DNA of 63,894 nt, filler included, from Acidimicrobiia bacterium (GCA_029210695.1; 11 parts of 11 records of this genome joined end to end with filler, not necessarily neighbours in it), one strand, 5' to 3'; counted from the whole stretch's first letter, positions 1 through 9,477 are shown. Translations and numbers: made by a program. The notes: generated by a model from the sequence alone, not told the origin.

Positions 1-30
1 CAGAATCCCCTGTGTTTACAGGGGATTCTG
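1..30 (-). terminator. Hairpin downstream of the tRNA 3' fragment, probably the native tRNA terminator
   Basis: Perfect 13-bp inverted repeat CAGAATCCCCTGT-gttt-ACAGGGGATTCTG. Confidence 0.6.
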
Positions 31-31
31 A

Positions 32-77
32 GGTGGGCGCTACTGGGATCGAACCAGTGACCTCTGCCGTGTGAAGG
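32..77 (-). mobile_element. 3' half of tRNA-Val(CAC), an att-site copy at a genomic island boundary
   Basis: Minus strand reads CCTTCACACGGCAGAGGTCACTGGTTCGATCCCAGTAGCGCCCACC: CAC anticodon loop, T-arm GGTTCGATCC and acceptor 3' strand. Similarity stops in the anticodon stem, with no D-arm or 5' half. Confidence 0.85.
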
Positions 78-523
78 TCTTCCAGGGCATTTCGGTGACC
101 TGCGAGAACGCCCAGAAATGGCCTCTGACCTGGGGTTTCATCACTCATCGAAGCTCAGGGATTTGCATCGTTTCTCAGCAAGACGCGTCCCATGCGCGTC
201 CTGGGGTAACGATCGAAATCTGCCCCCTGGCGGTCACCAGCAACCGACGACCAATCCGCCACACTGAGTGGGCGTTGACGCCGGGTGGTCGGTGTCTATC
301 AAGTCCATGTCCGTTCCTCGCCCGCACGTCGACCGCGGTCGCGGCGAGTCCCTATCGAGCGCATTGGGGTGGTCCTGGGCATTGCTGCCGATGTTGGCAC
401 CAATGCTCGGCGCGACGCGCCGGGCGCAGTATCCGCCCAGCCGGACCTGCGGCCCAGGACGATTGAGCCTGGCGTTTCTTGCGGCCGTGCATGGCAGTGG
501 CCTGCTGCATGTACCCTCATGGG

Positions 524-1582
524 ATGGCACGGCGACCACGCTGGCATCACATGGCGATGGCAGGACGCGAAGAGGCGTTGCAGGCGGTCGAGATTCACAA
601 CAGTCCGCTGTCGCCGCGGCCGCTTGAGGGTTTCCTCGTCCACATGCACATAGCGTGGCTGTACGTACTGCACGCCGGATTCACCAAGAACGGCGTGAAC
701 TTCCATTACCGCCGCCCCAACGGACGGTACGAGCTGGTCGATGGAGAGCGTAAGGCGTGGGACTTGACAAAGTCGGTGAAGGAGCGCTGGCCGAACACTG
801 CTGACCCTGTTCGAGCGAACCTCGAGCTGACTGCGTCGTTGAGGAACAAGGTCGAACATCGATACGAGCGCGGCCTCCAAGTGGTGAGCTACGGGTTCAC
901 ACAAGCGCTCACCCTCAACTTGGAGAACGAACTCGTGGACGAGTTCGGCCCGAACTACTCGATGGCCGACCGCGTCCACCTCCCAGTGTCGTTGTCGGCG
1001 TTCACCCGGGAGGGTGCCGCAGCGATGGTGGCTGCGCAGGCCCAACTTCCGGAGCGGCTCCGCGATTGGATCATCGACTACCGCGCTGGGCTCGACGAGT
1101 CCGTTAGGACTAGCAAGGCGTTTGAATTCCGCATCGAGATCACCCAGAAGCGATCGCCGACCAGCGAAGCAGATCTAGCAGTTGAGTTCGTGCGTCTCGA
1201 CGACCTGACCCTCGAGGAGGTTCAGGCCTACGAGGCGTTGGAGCGGACCGGACGGGTCATCATACGGGACAAGCTGTTACCCGACCCAGGGTGGATGCGC
1301 CCTTCGCAAGCAGCCGCGGAGATCCAAGCCCAGATCGGCTACCGATTCAAGCCGTCGGCCGAATTCCCAAAGGCGTGGAAGCACTACAAGGTGCGACCAC
1401 CTTCTTCGGCCGCCGGTGAGGCCCGGCATAAGACGGATCTGAAGTACTGCAGATGGAATCGGTCGTTCGAACAGTACGAGTACAACAAGGCTTTCGTCGC
1501 GAAGGTGGTCGACGAATGCACCACAGCCGACGGATTCGAGCACGTCATCGGGTGGCAGCCGAAGCCGATCCCACCTGTGTAG
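524..1582 (+). CDS. DUF3644-family protein with HEPN-like motif
   Basis: N-terminus EALQAVEIHNSP...EGFLVHMHIAWLYVLHA resembles DUF3644; RxxxxH motif RNKVEH; start chosen at MARRPRW. Confidence 0.75.
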   Translation: MARRPRWHHMAMAGREEALQAVEIHNSPLSPRPLEGFLVHMHIAWLYVLHAGFTKNGVNFHYRRPNGRYELVDGERKAWDLTKSVKERWPNTADPVRANLELTASLRNKVEHRYERGLQVVSYGFTQALTLNLENELVDEFGPNYSMADRVHLPVSLSAFTREGAAAMVAAQAQLPERLRDWIIDYRAGLDESVRTSKAFEFRIEITQKRSPTSEADLAVEFVRLDDLTLEEVQAYEALERTGRVIIRDKLLPDPGWMRPSQAAAEIQAQIGYRFKPSAEFPKAWKHYKVRPPSSAAGEARHKTDLKYCRWNRSFEQYEYNKAFVAKVVDECTTADGFEHVIGWQPKPIPPV

Positions 1583-1795
1583 AGGTACCGTCGCCACCCG
1601 ATCGTCATCGCTCGGCTGACGATTCGTCGGTACTGGTTCAACGACGCGTCAGTCACCCGACACGTGAGCGTCCAGGGTGCTCGACAGTGGCCCCTGGGCC
1701 CACTGGCTCACGGCCGTCCCGGACACCGTGAAGTACGCCGCCGTCCCATAACCTCGTGCGTAGTGACAGCGGTCTGTTCCACCAATCGCCGGGTG

Positions 1796-2449
1796 CTAGT
1801 CGAGATCAACGCCGAGCACAGACTCCGCAATCTTGGCCGCCACCTCACCTAGTGAGGAGTCCGAGGTTGAAAGGCCGGCACGCGATGCGAGAAGAGGACT
1901 CTCCGCACGGAGTTCGTCATACGTCACGTCGTCGCTCACGGGAATCACGCGGTCGGTCGCTAGCAAGGCGCCCAACTCCTTGTCGGCGAAGCCACCGTTT
2001 CGGAGTGCGACCAGCATGTTTGGCGTCACGAGCACGATCCCGACGCGACTGACCCGAAGGCCGGCGTCAAGCTGGCGGGCAAGGCTCCTACCGAGTACGA
2101 CCTCCCGCTCGCTGAACCAGACATCCACACTGAGACTGCTCAGCGCTTCAAACAGATCCGTTGCGGCCCCGGTCCGATCAGCCCACGCATGGCACAAGAA
2201 AACGTCTCGCTCGCGCTCAACGTCGGCGTTGACGACATCGCGCACATGGTCGAGGAAACTGCTTTCAGGCTGTGTATACGTCAGTCGGCTTGTTCGCCTA
2301 GGTATCGGTCGCTGCGCACCAGGTGGACTCAAGGAACTCGTTTGGACGACGGACGGGTGCGAAACGACTTGGTGCTTGACAGTCCTCGTAATAGTGATCC
2401 GCCGCGTCTGCTTGATTCTGATGGTGCCAATTCGACGTCTCTGAGCCAT
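1796..2449 (-). CDS. TIR-domain protein
   Basis: DVFLCHAWADR, VDVWFSE, LARQLDAGL, GIVLVTPN, and ADKEL with the catalytic-type Glu. Confidence 0.85.
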   Translation of the reverse strand: MAQRRRIGTIRIKQTRRITITRTVKHQVVSHPSVVQTSSLSPPGAQRPIPRRTSRLTYTQPESSFLDHVRDVVNADVERERDVFLCHAWADRTGAATDLFEALSSLSVDVWFSEREVVLGRSLARQLDAGLRVSRVGIVLVTPNMLVALRNGGFADKELGALLATDRVIPVSDDVTYDELRAESPLLASRAGLSTSDSSLGEVAAKIAESVLGVDLD

Positions 2450-2454
2450 GCGGC

Positions 2455-2481
2455 ATTATGCCACGTCGAACACATGTTTGG
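2455..2481 (-). promoter_or_regulatory. Extended -10 promoter (leaderless) and LexA/SOS box of the TIR gene
   Basis: TCGAAC-ACAT-GTTTGG at 2466-2481 fits the actinobacterial TCGAAC-N4-GTTCGA consensus; TGG-CATAAT lies 5 nt before the ATG on the minus strand. Confidence 0.7.
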
Positions 2482-2930
2482 TAGGCGTGACACCGAGCAG
2501 GCCTGCCAACCCTTCGGACGGTCTTGTCGACTTCGCGTGGGCGGGCGAACCTTCGGCCGTCGGCTTGGGAACACCAGGACCGGCGTCAGGATGATTCGGG
2601 TCCATTCTGCACGTTCGAGTGCCGCGCCGCCCGGCCCGTCGGTGATGGGGTCGGTGCCGCAAGGTCAGCTTTGCGGAGAGCACCGCTCGATATCCGAATA
2701 CACCCTCGCCCTTGTCTCAGAGCGCCCGGAATGGGACCGCCCAAAAGAACTCGGGTCCGGGCATCAGGGCGACCGACTGGCAACTCAGAGGCAGTCAGCT
2801 GTATGTGCACCGCAACGCCATCTACTGACGGCGTCTGGGAAGATCGTCGTGTCCGGTCCTCGAACCGATCCCGTGCGGCGAGGCGGCCCATCGCACCAAT
2901 CCGCCACCCGCGCGGTCGCCCTGGCCCTAT

Positions 2931-3647
2931 TCAAACCTCACCAAACCGGGCGTCATACGCCACGGCAATGCTCTCAATGAACTCCTCCCAACGGAGGCCG
3001 CTCGCCACCGGTGGCAGGTCCGGCTCGATGGCGCCAGTCTCGCGGTCGAAGGCAACGACTGCGATCCCCTCGAGGAGGTGCGGCGCATCTCCCTCGGTCT
3101 CCCGACCGCCGGCTCTCATGAAGCGGGCAACCGCGCGGGAAACAAGGTGGCTCGTTGACTTCCAATCGGTGTCTGAACCCGATTTCACGCGCTCGGTCGT
3201 GGGAAGAGTCAGGATTCCACCGACCACTGCGAACGGGAACTTCAGGTGGATGTTGACGGCGAACGTCCTGACGTCGCCGAATCGATTCCATATCGCACGG
3301 CCGACCGCCAGGTGAACCGGCTTGATCTCGACAGCAAGCGTCAATCCGTGGATCTCGGAGATCTCGGACACATCGGCCTTAACGCTCCGCAAGCCACCGC
3401 CAACCTCCCTCTCGCCTGCTACTGCTCGGTCGAGGCCCAAGCCGTGATCTCGGAGATCACCAAGAGTGACCTCAGCCAGGGCGTTTGACAGCCTGATTTG
3501 CGCGGCCTTCCCCTTGTCTCCGCCGAGCTCGGTCGCGTTGCGGATGTATTCGGCGGATGCCCTGCAGTAGTCCTCGATAGTGGGGCGCTCTCGCCCGACT
3601 AGACCATCCACGAGATCGAGGCCTGTCGGTTCGGGCGCTCTAGTCAT
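2931..3647 (-). CDS. Putative type II restriction endonuclease, PD-(D/E)xK fold
   Basis: KADV...AVEIK...NRFGD motif; starts 4 nt after the methyltransferase stop. Confidence 0.7.
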   Translation of the reverse strand: MTRAPEPTGLDLVDGLVGRERPTIEDYCRASAEYIRNATELGGDKGKAAQIRLSNALAEVTLGDLRDHGLGLDRAVAGEREVGGGLRSVKADVSEISEIHGLTLAVEIKPVHLAVGRAIWNRFGDVRTFAVNIHLKFPFAVVGGILTLPTTERVKSGSDTDWKSTSHLVSRAVARFMRAGGRETEGDAPHLLEGIAVVAFDRETGAIEPDLPPVASGLRWEEFIESIAVAYDARFGEV

Positions 3648-3651
3648 CGTC

Positions 3652-4668
3652 TCATCCGATCAGGTCAAGAGCGGTCTGCGCTTTTGTACCCAGGGTGGCC
3701 TCGACCCGATTGACGGACATGGCGAAGTACTCCGGATCCACTTCGATGCCGATGCTGTTGCGGCCGCACGCAGCGGCTGCGGCGGCGGTAGTTCCGGTAC
3801 CGACGAATGGGTCGAGCACAGTGTCGCCGACAAACGAGAACATCCGGATCAAGCGGTGGGCAAGTGATAATGGGAACGGTGCCGGGTGGCTCGCCGTGGA
3901 CGCTCCTCCGAGCGTCCACACCTGCTGGAACCAGTTCGCGTGATCGGTTGCAGGGATGACCGACAGCAGCCGGGTTGCGAGGTCGGGTTTGCGGTATCCA
4001 CCTGGCTTCCGCTGGAACAAGATGTACTCGACGTCATTCTTGACGACGCCGTTCGGCTCGAACGGCTTGCCGAAGAAACCGCCCGGTCCCATCTCATATT
4101 GGGCGTTGGCGATCTTGTACCAGATGATCGGCGCCAGGTTGTCGAAGCCAACGTGACGGCACCGCTCCTGAATGCTTGCGTGGAGAGGAAACACCAGATG
4201 CCGACCGTAGGCGCGCCGTGACACGTTCACGTCACCGACCACAACTATGAGCCGTCCACCCGGTACCAGCGCTCGATATGCGCGCCGCCACACATGGTCG
4301 AGCTCGTCGAGGAACTGCTCGTAGTCGGCCACGTCGCCGAGCTGGTCGTCGTGGTCGTTGTACTTCTTGAGTGTCCAGTACGGAGGAGAGGTCAGCACCA
4401 GGTCCACGCTCTCGTCCTCAATCTCAACTTGCCGGCTGTCCGCGTGGTAGAGCAAGTGTTTGGTCTCGAGACCACTGACTACATGCTCGATCTGGGCGCA
4501 TGCAGCGGGATCCTTGGCGATCGCAGGAATGGCCTTCTGTGGCTCCTCAACTATCTGCTGGAGCAAGGTAGGCGGCGCCAACGAGCGGTGTTCGCTTCGC
4601 TCGACCCTGTGGCCGAGCACGATTGAAGCTTCGGTGCGTTTGTCGATATTCGTTGCCGCCAAGCTCAC
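3652..4668 (-). CDS. Site-specific DNA methyltransferase (N4-C/N6-A, beta class)
   Basis: TSPPY catalytic motif precedes HPAPFP and VLDPFVGTGTT SAM-binding motif. Confidence 0.92.
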   Translation of the reverse strand: MSLAATNIDKRTEASIVLGHRVERSEHRSLAPPTLLQQIVEEPQKAIPAIAKDPAACAQIEHVVSGLETKHLLYHADSRQVEIEDESVDLVLTSPPYWTLKKYNDHDDQLGDVADYEQFLDELDHVWRRAYRALVPGGRLIVVVGDVNVSRRAYGRHLVFPLHASIQERCRHVGFDNLAPIIWYKIANAQYEMGPGGFFGKPFEPNGVVKNDVEYILFQRKPGGYRKPDLATRLLSVIPATDHANWFQQVWTLGGASTASHPAPFPLSLAHRLIRMFSFVGDTVLDPFVGTGTTAAAAAACGRNSIGIEVDPEYFAMSVNRVEATLGTKAQTALDLIG

Positions 4669-4819
4669 GGGTCCACCTCGCTACGAGTCGATCGGATGCC
4701 CGGACCACTCTCGAAGGGTTAAGTTACACGATTGTAATCCGCACAACCACCGTACCTCGGCGGTCCGACAGAATCGTGAGAGTGAGACCGGTCCCGAGCT
4801 CACCATTCAGAGATGTCGC

Positions 4820-5329
4820 TCACCTGCTACCTATTCCATGGCAGTGCTTGTGCTTCAGCCCCGACCCGCATGGACATCGTTCGTTGCGGCCGACCTTTGG
4901 ATCCTTCGCGGCAGGTCGAGCCGACAACCTCGTTGTCAACTCAGTCCGTTGCTCTCGAGCTTCTAGTTCTTCCTCCCAGTGGCGCAGCCGCTCGTCCTGC
5001 CTGCGAAGACGCCCTTCCGAAACCTTGATCTCGCGTTCACGGGCGTGGACCTGCGCCTCCCGTGCTGCCAACTGTCCTTCCGCTCGACCCGCGAGGAGTG
5101 GCACGTCTTCCCCGGTGGACTGGCCGAATACGCTCACCAGCTCGCGGTCGATGAGCGCCAAGATCGCCCGGCCCATAGAGATCCCCGCTGCTTCGCAATA
5201 CCGCTTCCACGTCGCCCACTTCGCCGCCGTCACCGGAACCCTGACCATCTGGAAGCGCTCATCCTGGCCGAGCCCGGCGAGCAGCTTCCGATCGATCCTC
5301 GCCAGTGTTCCTCGGTCGAGCTCCATCAC
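4820..5329 (-). CDS. SEC-C motif protein with RHH-like N-terminus and coiled coil
   Basis: C-terminal KVGRNERCPCGSGLKHKHCHG; central E/R-rich heptads. Confidence 0.75.
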   Translation of the reverse strand: MMELDRGTLARIDRKLLAGLGQDERFQMVRVPVTAAKWATWKRYCEAAGISMGRAILALIDRELVSVFGQSTGEDVPLLAGRAEGQLAAREAQVHAREREIKVSEGRLRRQDERLRHWEEELEAREQRTELTTRLSARPAAKDPKVGRNERCPCGSGLKHKHCHGIGSR

Positions 5330-5427
5330 GGCCTCGCGTGTCTACACGTGGACATCGGGCAACTTGTCAGTGGTTTACCTTCGGGTGGGAGCGCCGGTTG
5401 GTGCTCTTGGAGACTGGTGATGGCCAC

Positions 5428-5527
5428 NNNNNNNNNNNNNNNNNNNNNNNNNNNNNNNNNNNNNNNNNNNNTTAATTAATTAANNNNNNNNNNNNNNNNN
5501 NNNNNNNNNNNNNNNNNNNNNNNNNNN
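5428..5527. other. Artificial contig spacer; the same spacer is at 22850, 28324, 33524, 38566, 43421, 48253, 53038, 57810 and 62533
   Basis: N runs flanking TTAATTAATTAA (stop codons in all six frames). Confidence 0.98.
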
Positions 5528-5641
5528 TTCTCCCTCTCCAGTGTCCCCTTCGCCATGCCCCAGGGGACCGAATGCCCCGCGCTCGGCGGGGCCCATCAGG
5601 CAGACACATGAGTACAGCGTCTGCAACGTTTTTCCAGACAT

Positions 5642-5691
5642 ACCACTACATGTAGTGGTCGATGGCTTCTCTGACCACGACATCTGGTGGT
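5642..5691 (-). promoter_or_regulatory. Tandem NrdR boxes; the regulated gene probably lies beyond the contig edge
   Basis: ACCACTACATGTAGTGGT (perfect palindrome) and ACCACGACATCTGGTGGT, starts 32 bp apart; minus strand ends in RBS-like GGAGAGGGAGAA at the edge. Confidence 0.75.
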
Positions 5692-5967
5692 GTGTTACTC
5701 GAATGTAGTTACACGCGTGGAAGTCGTCAACCACCGGTGCGTGCTATTCCGCGCATGACACGTGGCTTTCTTGTCAAACCGGGAAACGGCGAGCCAAACC
5801 TGTCGTCTGGTGTGCCGGGGGAAGCGCTCGACACTGTATCGCAGACACCTTGGGGCGCGAAAACCATGCTCGACCCGGGTTTTCGCGAGCCCTGGTCTGC
5901 AGGAGCCGGCCGTATTCGATAAGCTCAGCGGAGCCGTCAGACGTCCGATGAGACAAGGGGTTCGACT

Positions 5968-6447
5968 GTGAGTTGGCGCGTTGCCCAGGTTCTGGATGGG
6001 TTCACCGACTGGCGATGGTTGACTCTTCTTGCCATCGTCACAGTGGTGATCGGACTGGTGGCATCCCTGAGTTGGTCGAGGGGACGGCCAAGTATTGCCG
6101 AGATGCCGTCGAGTCTCTTCGCACGTCGGGACTATCCGGTGGAAGTCGTTGAAGATCCGCGACAGGGTCCGCCGGGCGGGCGAGTGGTGCGCCTCGACGA
6201 AGTTGCACCCGCCGCGCCGCCTGGTCCCGCTGCGTCGGGCGACTCACTTCCCCGTCTGCCGCTCGCCGATCACGGCGCGGCCGATGCTCCGCCCCTGCCG
6301 TATCCGGACCATCCTGTCGTGGTAGTCGACCTGACCGAACTCGAGTCCGAACCGGCGGTCGGTACGGTCCTCGACTTGAGAGACGTCGTCGTCGATCTCA
6401 CATCTGAAGAGGATTTGGCTTCGTTGCCCGCCGATCCGTGGTCCTGA
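5968..6447 (+). CDS. Single-pass membrane protein with acidic/Pro-rich tail
   Basis: N-terminal TM helix, RBS-like AAGGGG, repeated VVDL motifs. Confidence 0.65.
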   Translation: MSWRVAQVLDGFTDWRWLTLLAIVTVVIGLVASLSWSRGRPSIAEMPSSLFARRDYPVEVVEDPRQGPPGGRVVRLDEVAPAAPPGPAASGDSLPRLPLADHGAADAPPLPYPDHPVVVVDLTELESEPAVGTVLDLRDVVVDLTSEEDLASLPADPWS

Positions 6448-6577
6448 ACTCCAAGGACGGCCATCGGCCGAGATCCGGTCGCGCGGCTTTCTTGCACACG
6501 AAATGATCACCCCCTTTGGAGACAATCTCGGATATATTTCGTAGATCGATCGAGGGGTTCACATCCGATCAAACAAC

Positions 6578-7075
6578 ATGCGGCAGAGCACGATGGTCGG
6601 TCCGTTGCTTGCTGCGCAGTCCGTTGAGTCCGGTGGGGCGGCCGGATGGCTCATCATCGGTGGGGCTCTCGTGGTGCTGACGGTGGGCCTGGTGATGGTC
6701 TTCTTCGCTCGCTCGAGTCGCCGGGAAGAGGTCGACGATCGAATCGCGGTGCGCTCTGAAGCTCCCGAAGAGGTGCGCCCGGCACCGGTGGTGCCTCGAG
6801 AGCGGCCCCGATCTGGAGCCACGTTCGTCGACCTTCCCCGCCGGCAAAGAACGGGCCATGTTGATATTCGTATCGGGCAGGAGATCCAGGCTCAAGGCAG
6901 GAGAAGCCCGATGTCGGCCTTCGACCCTGATGTCGAAGGCGAGCCGCGGGAAACGTTCATCGATCTCCCCACCTCCGGATCGGTCCCCGACCCGGTGATC
7001 GACCTCAACGATGAGCTCGTCGATCTCACCGAGAAACGCGAAAAGGCTGCGCCGAAGCGCGACCCGCTGGTGTAA
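6578..7075 (+). CDS. Single-pass membrane protein with acidic tail
   Basis: TM WLIIGGALVVLTVGLVMVFF; repeated [FVL][VI]DL motifs. Confidence 0.65.
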   Translation: MRQSTMVGPLLAAQSVESGGAAGWLIIGGALVVLTVGLVMVFFARSSRREEVDDRIAVRSEAPEEVRPAPVVPRERPRSGATFVDLPRRQRTGHVDIRIGQEIQAQGRRSPMSAFDPDVEGEPRETFIDLPTSGSVPDPVIDLNDELVDLTEKREKAAPKRDPLV

Positions 7076-7275
7076 TCCGGGTATTGCTCCTCGCCCTGGA
7101 CGAGGGGCGCCGGGTTGCCAATCGCCGACCCTCGAGTTTCCCTGACGGAACAACGTCGAAAGGGTCGTTTGGCCCGGGAAACCGACCCCGACCGTTCGGT
7201 AGGTTGAGCAGGGGGCCTCGGTCGCGGTTGCGACCGGCGGGCTGCGCGCAACGCCGGCGTGTGCAAGGTGTAGAG

Positions 7276-8178
7276 ATGAAGGTTCTCCGTACTCCGGACA
7301 AGCGGTTCGAGATGCTTCCCGATTTCCCGTTCGAGCCGCATTACGTGGAGATCCCCAACGAGTGGGGCCCTGCCATTCGAATCCACTCAATCGACGAGGG
7401 CCCGGCCGGAGCCCCGTGTGTGGTTCTGATGCACGGAGAGCCAACCTGGTCCTACCTGTTTCGGCATCTGATCCCTCCGATCGTCCGGGCCGGGTACCGG
7501 GTGCTTGCTCCCGACCTGGTCGGATTCGGCCGGTCGGACAAGCCAGCTTCGATCGACGACTACTCCTATGAGCGCATGGTCGAGTGGACCGCGGCCTGGT
7601 TCGAGGCAGTGAACCCCCGTCGGGTCACGCTCATCGTCCACGATTGGGGCGGTCTGATCGGCCTCCGCGTCGTGGCCAGGGGATCTCGGAGGTTCGCCAG
7701 AGTCATCGCGATGAATGCCGGACTTCCGACCGGAACTCAGGTGATGTCGTCTGAGTTTGCGACGTGGCAGCTCATGGCTCACAACATGCCGGTGCTGCCG
7801 GTCGGGCAGATCGTGAACGGCGGATGCTTTGTCGATCTGCCCCAGGAGGTGATTGCTGCCTACGACGCGCCGTTTCCCGACGAATCGTTCAAGTCCGGCG
7901 CCAGAGCGTTGCCGTCGCTGGTGCCGATCCATCCCGACGATCCCTCTGCTGCTGAGAACCGGGACGCGTGGCGATCGCTTCGCCGGTTCAAGAAGCCGTT
8001 CTTGACCGCTTTCAGCGACCTCGACCCCATCAGCAGCGGAACCGAGGAGGTCTTCAAAGCCGCCATTCCCGGGGCTGTGGGTCAACCGCACACCCGCCTT
8101 CGTCATTCCGGGCACTTCGTGACGGAGGACCGCACCGAGCGTCTGATCAAGGTGATCGGCCATTTCCTCCGCTCGTGA
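7276..8178 (+). CDS. Haloalkane dehalogenase
   Basis: MKVLRTPDKRF start, MHGEPTWSYL, APDLVGFGRSDKP, nucleophile HDWGG, GHF. Confidence 0.9.
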   Translation: MKVLRTPDKRFEMLPDFPFEPHYVEIPNEWGPAIRIHSIDEGPAGAPCVVLMHGEPTWSYLFRHLIPPIVRAGYRVLAPDLVGFGRSDKPASIDDYSYERMVEWTAAWFEAVNPRRVTLIVHDWGGLIGLRVVARGSRRFARVIAMNAGLPTGTQVMSSEFATWQLMAHNMPVLPVGQIVNGGCFVDLPQEVIAAYDAPFPDESFKSGARALPSLVPIHPDDPSAAENRDAWRSLRRFKKPFLTAFSDLDPISSGTEEVFKAAIPGAVGQPHTRLRHSGHFVTEDRTERLIKVIGHFLRS

Positions 8179-8217
8179 GAGAGGCGAACGGGCCGTCGAT
8201 CTGGCACTCTGTAGGCC

Positions 8218-8826
8218 ATGACTGATTCGAACCGGCGGTTCTTCAGGCCGTTCCCTGTCGCGGGAGTGGCGCGGCCGCTCGGTGTTGCTGTTTTGTGGGC
8301 ATTCGCGGCGGCCATTGTCGGCGGCGCGATCGTAGGCTTGGCCTCGCTGATTGCCGGCGGCGTGTCCGGGATTGGCTGGATGTTCGACCACTCGATCTCG
8401 GTCACCCACATGATGGGAGAGGCCCTTCGCATTGCTGCGTGGGTGATTGCTCCGATCGGCATCGCAGTTGCCGTATGGGTGGCGGCGTATGGTTCAACCC
8501 AGCAAGGGTCGATGTCGCGTGCTCTAGTGGCCGCTCCTGCCGCATTGGCTCTGGGGGTGGCCCTTTTGTTGTTGAATTCATCCGGTCTGGTTGCGGCGGC
8601 CCTGGCGCTCGGATGGGCCCTGGCGGTCCCGTCGACGTCGCCCACCCACATCGCCGCCCGGGCGGTACCCATACTCGTGCTGGCGCTTCTGGTGCCCGGG
8701 CTCGATGATCTGTCGGGTTGGGTGATCGTCGCAGTCCTGGTCGCTTCACCGGTCGCCGCCGGAATGGCCATCCTGGTCGCCGATGTGCTGTGGAGGTTGC
8801 GGGCGGACGCCGCCGGTGACCTCTGA
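8218..8826 (+). CDS. Hypothetical multi-pass membrane protein
   Basis: Several hydrophobic helices; fits operon layout. Confidence 0.65.
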   Translation: MTDSNRRFFRPFPVAGVARPLGVAVLWAFAAAIVGGAIVGLASLIAGGVSGIGWMFDHSISVTHMMGEALRIAAWVIAPIGIAVAVWVAAYGSTQQGSMSRALVAAPAALALGVALLLLNSSGLVAAALALGWALAVPSTSPTHIAARAVPILVLALLVPGLDDLSGWVIVAVLVASPVAAGMAILVADVLWRLRADAAGDL

Positions 8827-8889
8827 TCGCGAATCGCAGATGCTCACCTGCTGGTAGGTTGGCTGAGGAGATCATCGAGAGGACCGATC

Positions 8890-9468
8890 ATGTTCAGCGT
8901 CTACCTATTTGCCACGCTGGTCGGCTGGCCATTCGTTCTGTTTTTTCTCTTCTTCTCCGCCGATGCCGATTTCGATGCTGATCTGGAAGTCGACTTCGAT
9001 GCGGATGCAGACGTAGACGCCTCCGTCGTCGCCTCGGCCGGATCAGGAGTGGCGGATGCCGTGCTTTCGATCTTCTCTTTCCGGGCACTCGTGTTCTTGT
9101 TCGCCTTCTTCGGAGTCACCGGACTGATCTTGCGGGGACTCGGCCTACACGCCATTCCCACGTTCCTACTTGCAGTGAGCATGGGCCTGTTTGCCGGGTA
9201 TCTCCACTCACGGCTGTACGCATACCTGCGGCGGTCGTCGACGGGTGCACTCACGACCGATGCCGACCTGCGGGGATCCAGGGCGAAGGTCGTCGTTCCG
9301 ATCTCGGATGACCAGAAAGGTCGGATCGAGGTCGATGTGGACGGCCAACCGGTTTACGTCACCGCGCGGGGGTTCGGAGGGGGATCCTACGAGATCGGCG
9401 CGCAGGTGGTTGTGGTCGAGATCGACAATGGAACCGCATTGGTAGGGCAGTTGAACCTGGACGAATAG
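8890..9468 (+). CDS. NfeD-like (YuaF/YqiJ-type) flotillin partner
   Basis: TM helices with Asp-rich loop and C-terminal OB-fold-like GRIEVDVDG...VVVVEID; directly upstream of flotillin. Confidence 0.8.
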   Translation: MFSVYLFATLVGWPFVLFFLFFSADADFDADLEVDFDADADVDASVVASAGSGVADAVLSIFSFRALVFLFAFFGVTGLILRGLGLHAIPTFLLAVSMGLFAGYLHSRLYAYLRRSSTGALTTDADLRGSRAKVVVPISDDQKGRIEVDVDGQPVYVTARGFGGGSYEIGAQVVVVEIDNGTALVGQLNLDE

Positions 9469-9477
9469 GAGTGAACC

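Noticed and set aside
32..77. Functional tRNA-Val
   Set aside because: The 5' half and D-arm are absent
5428..5527. Repeated TTAATTAATTAA motifs within N runs
   Set aside because: Artificial contig-joining linker; cross-linker gene neighbourhoods were not interpreted
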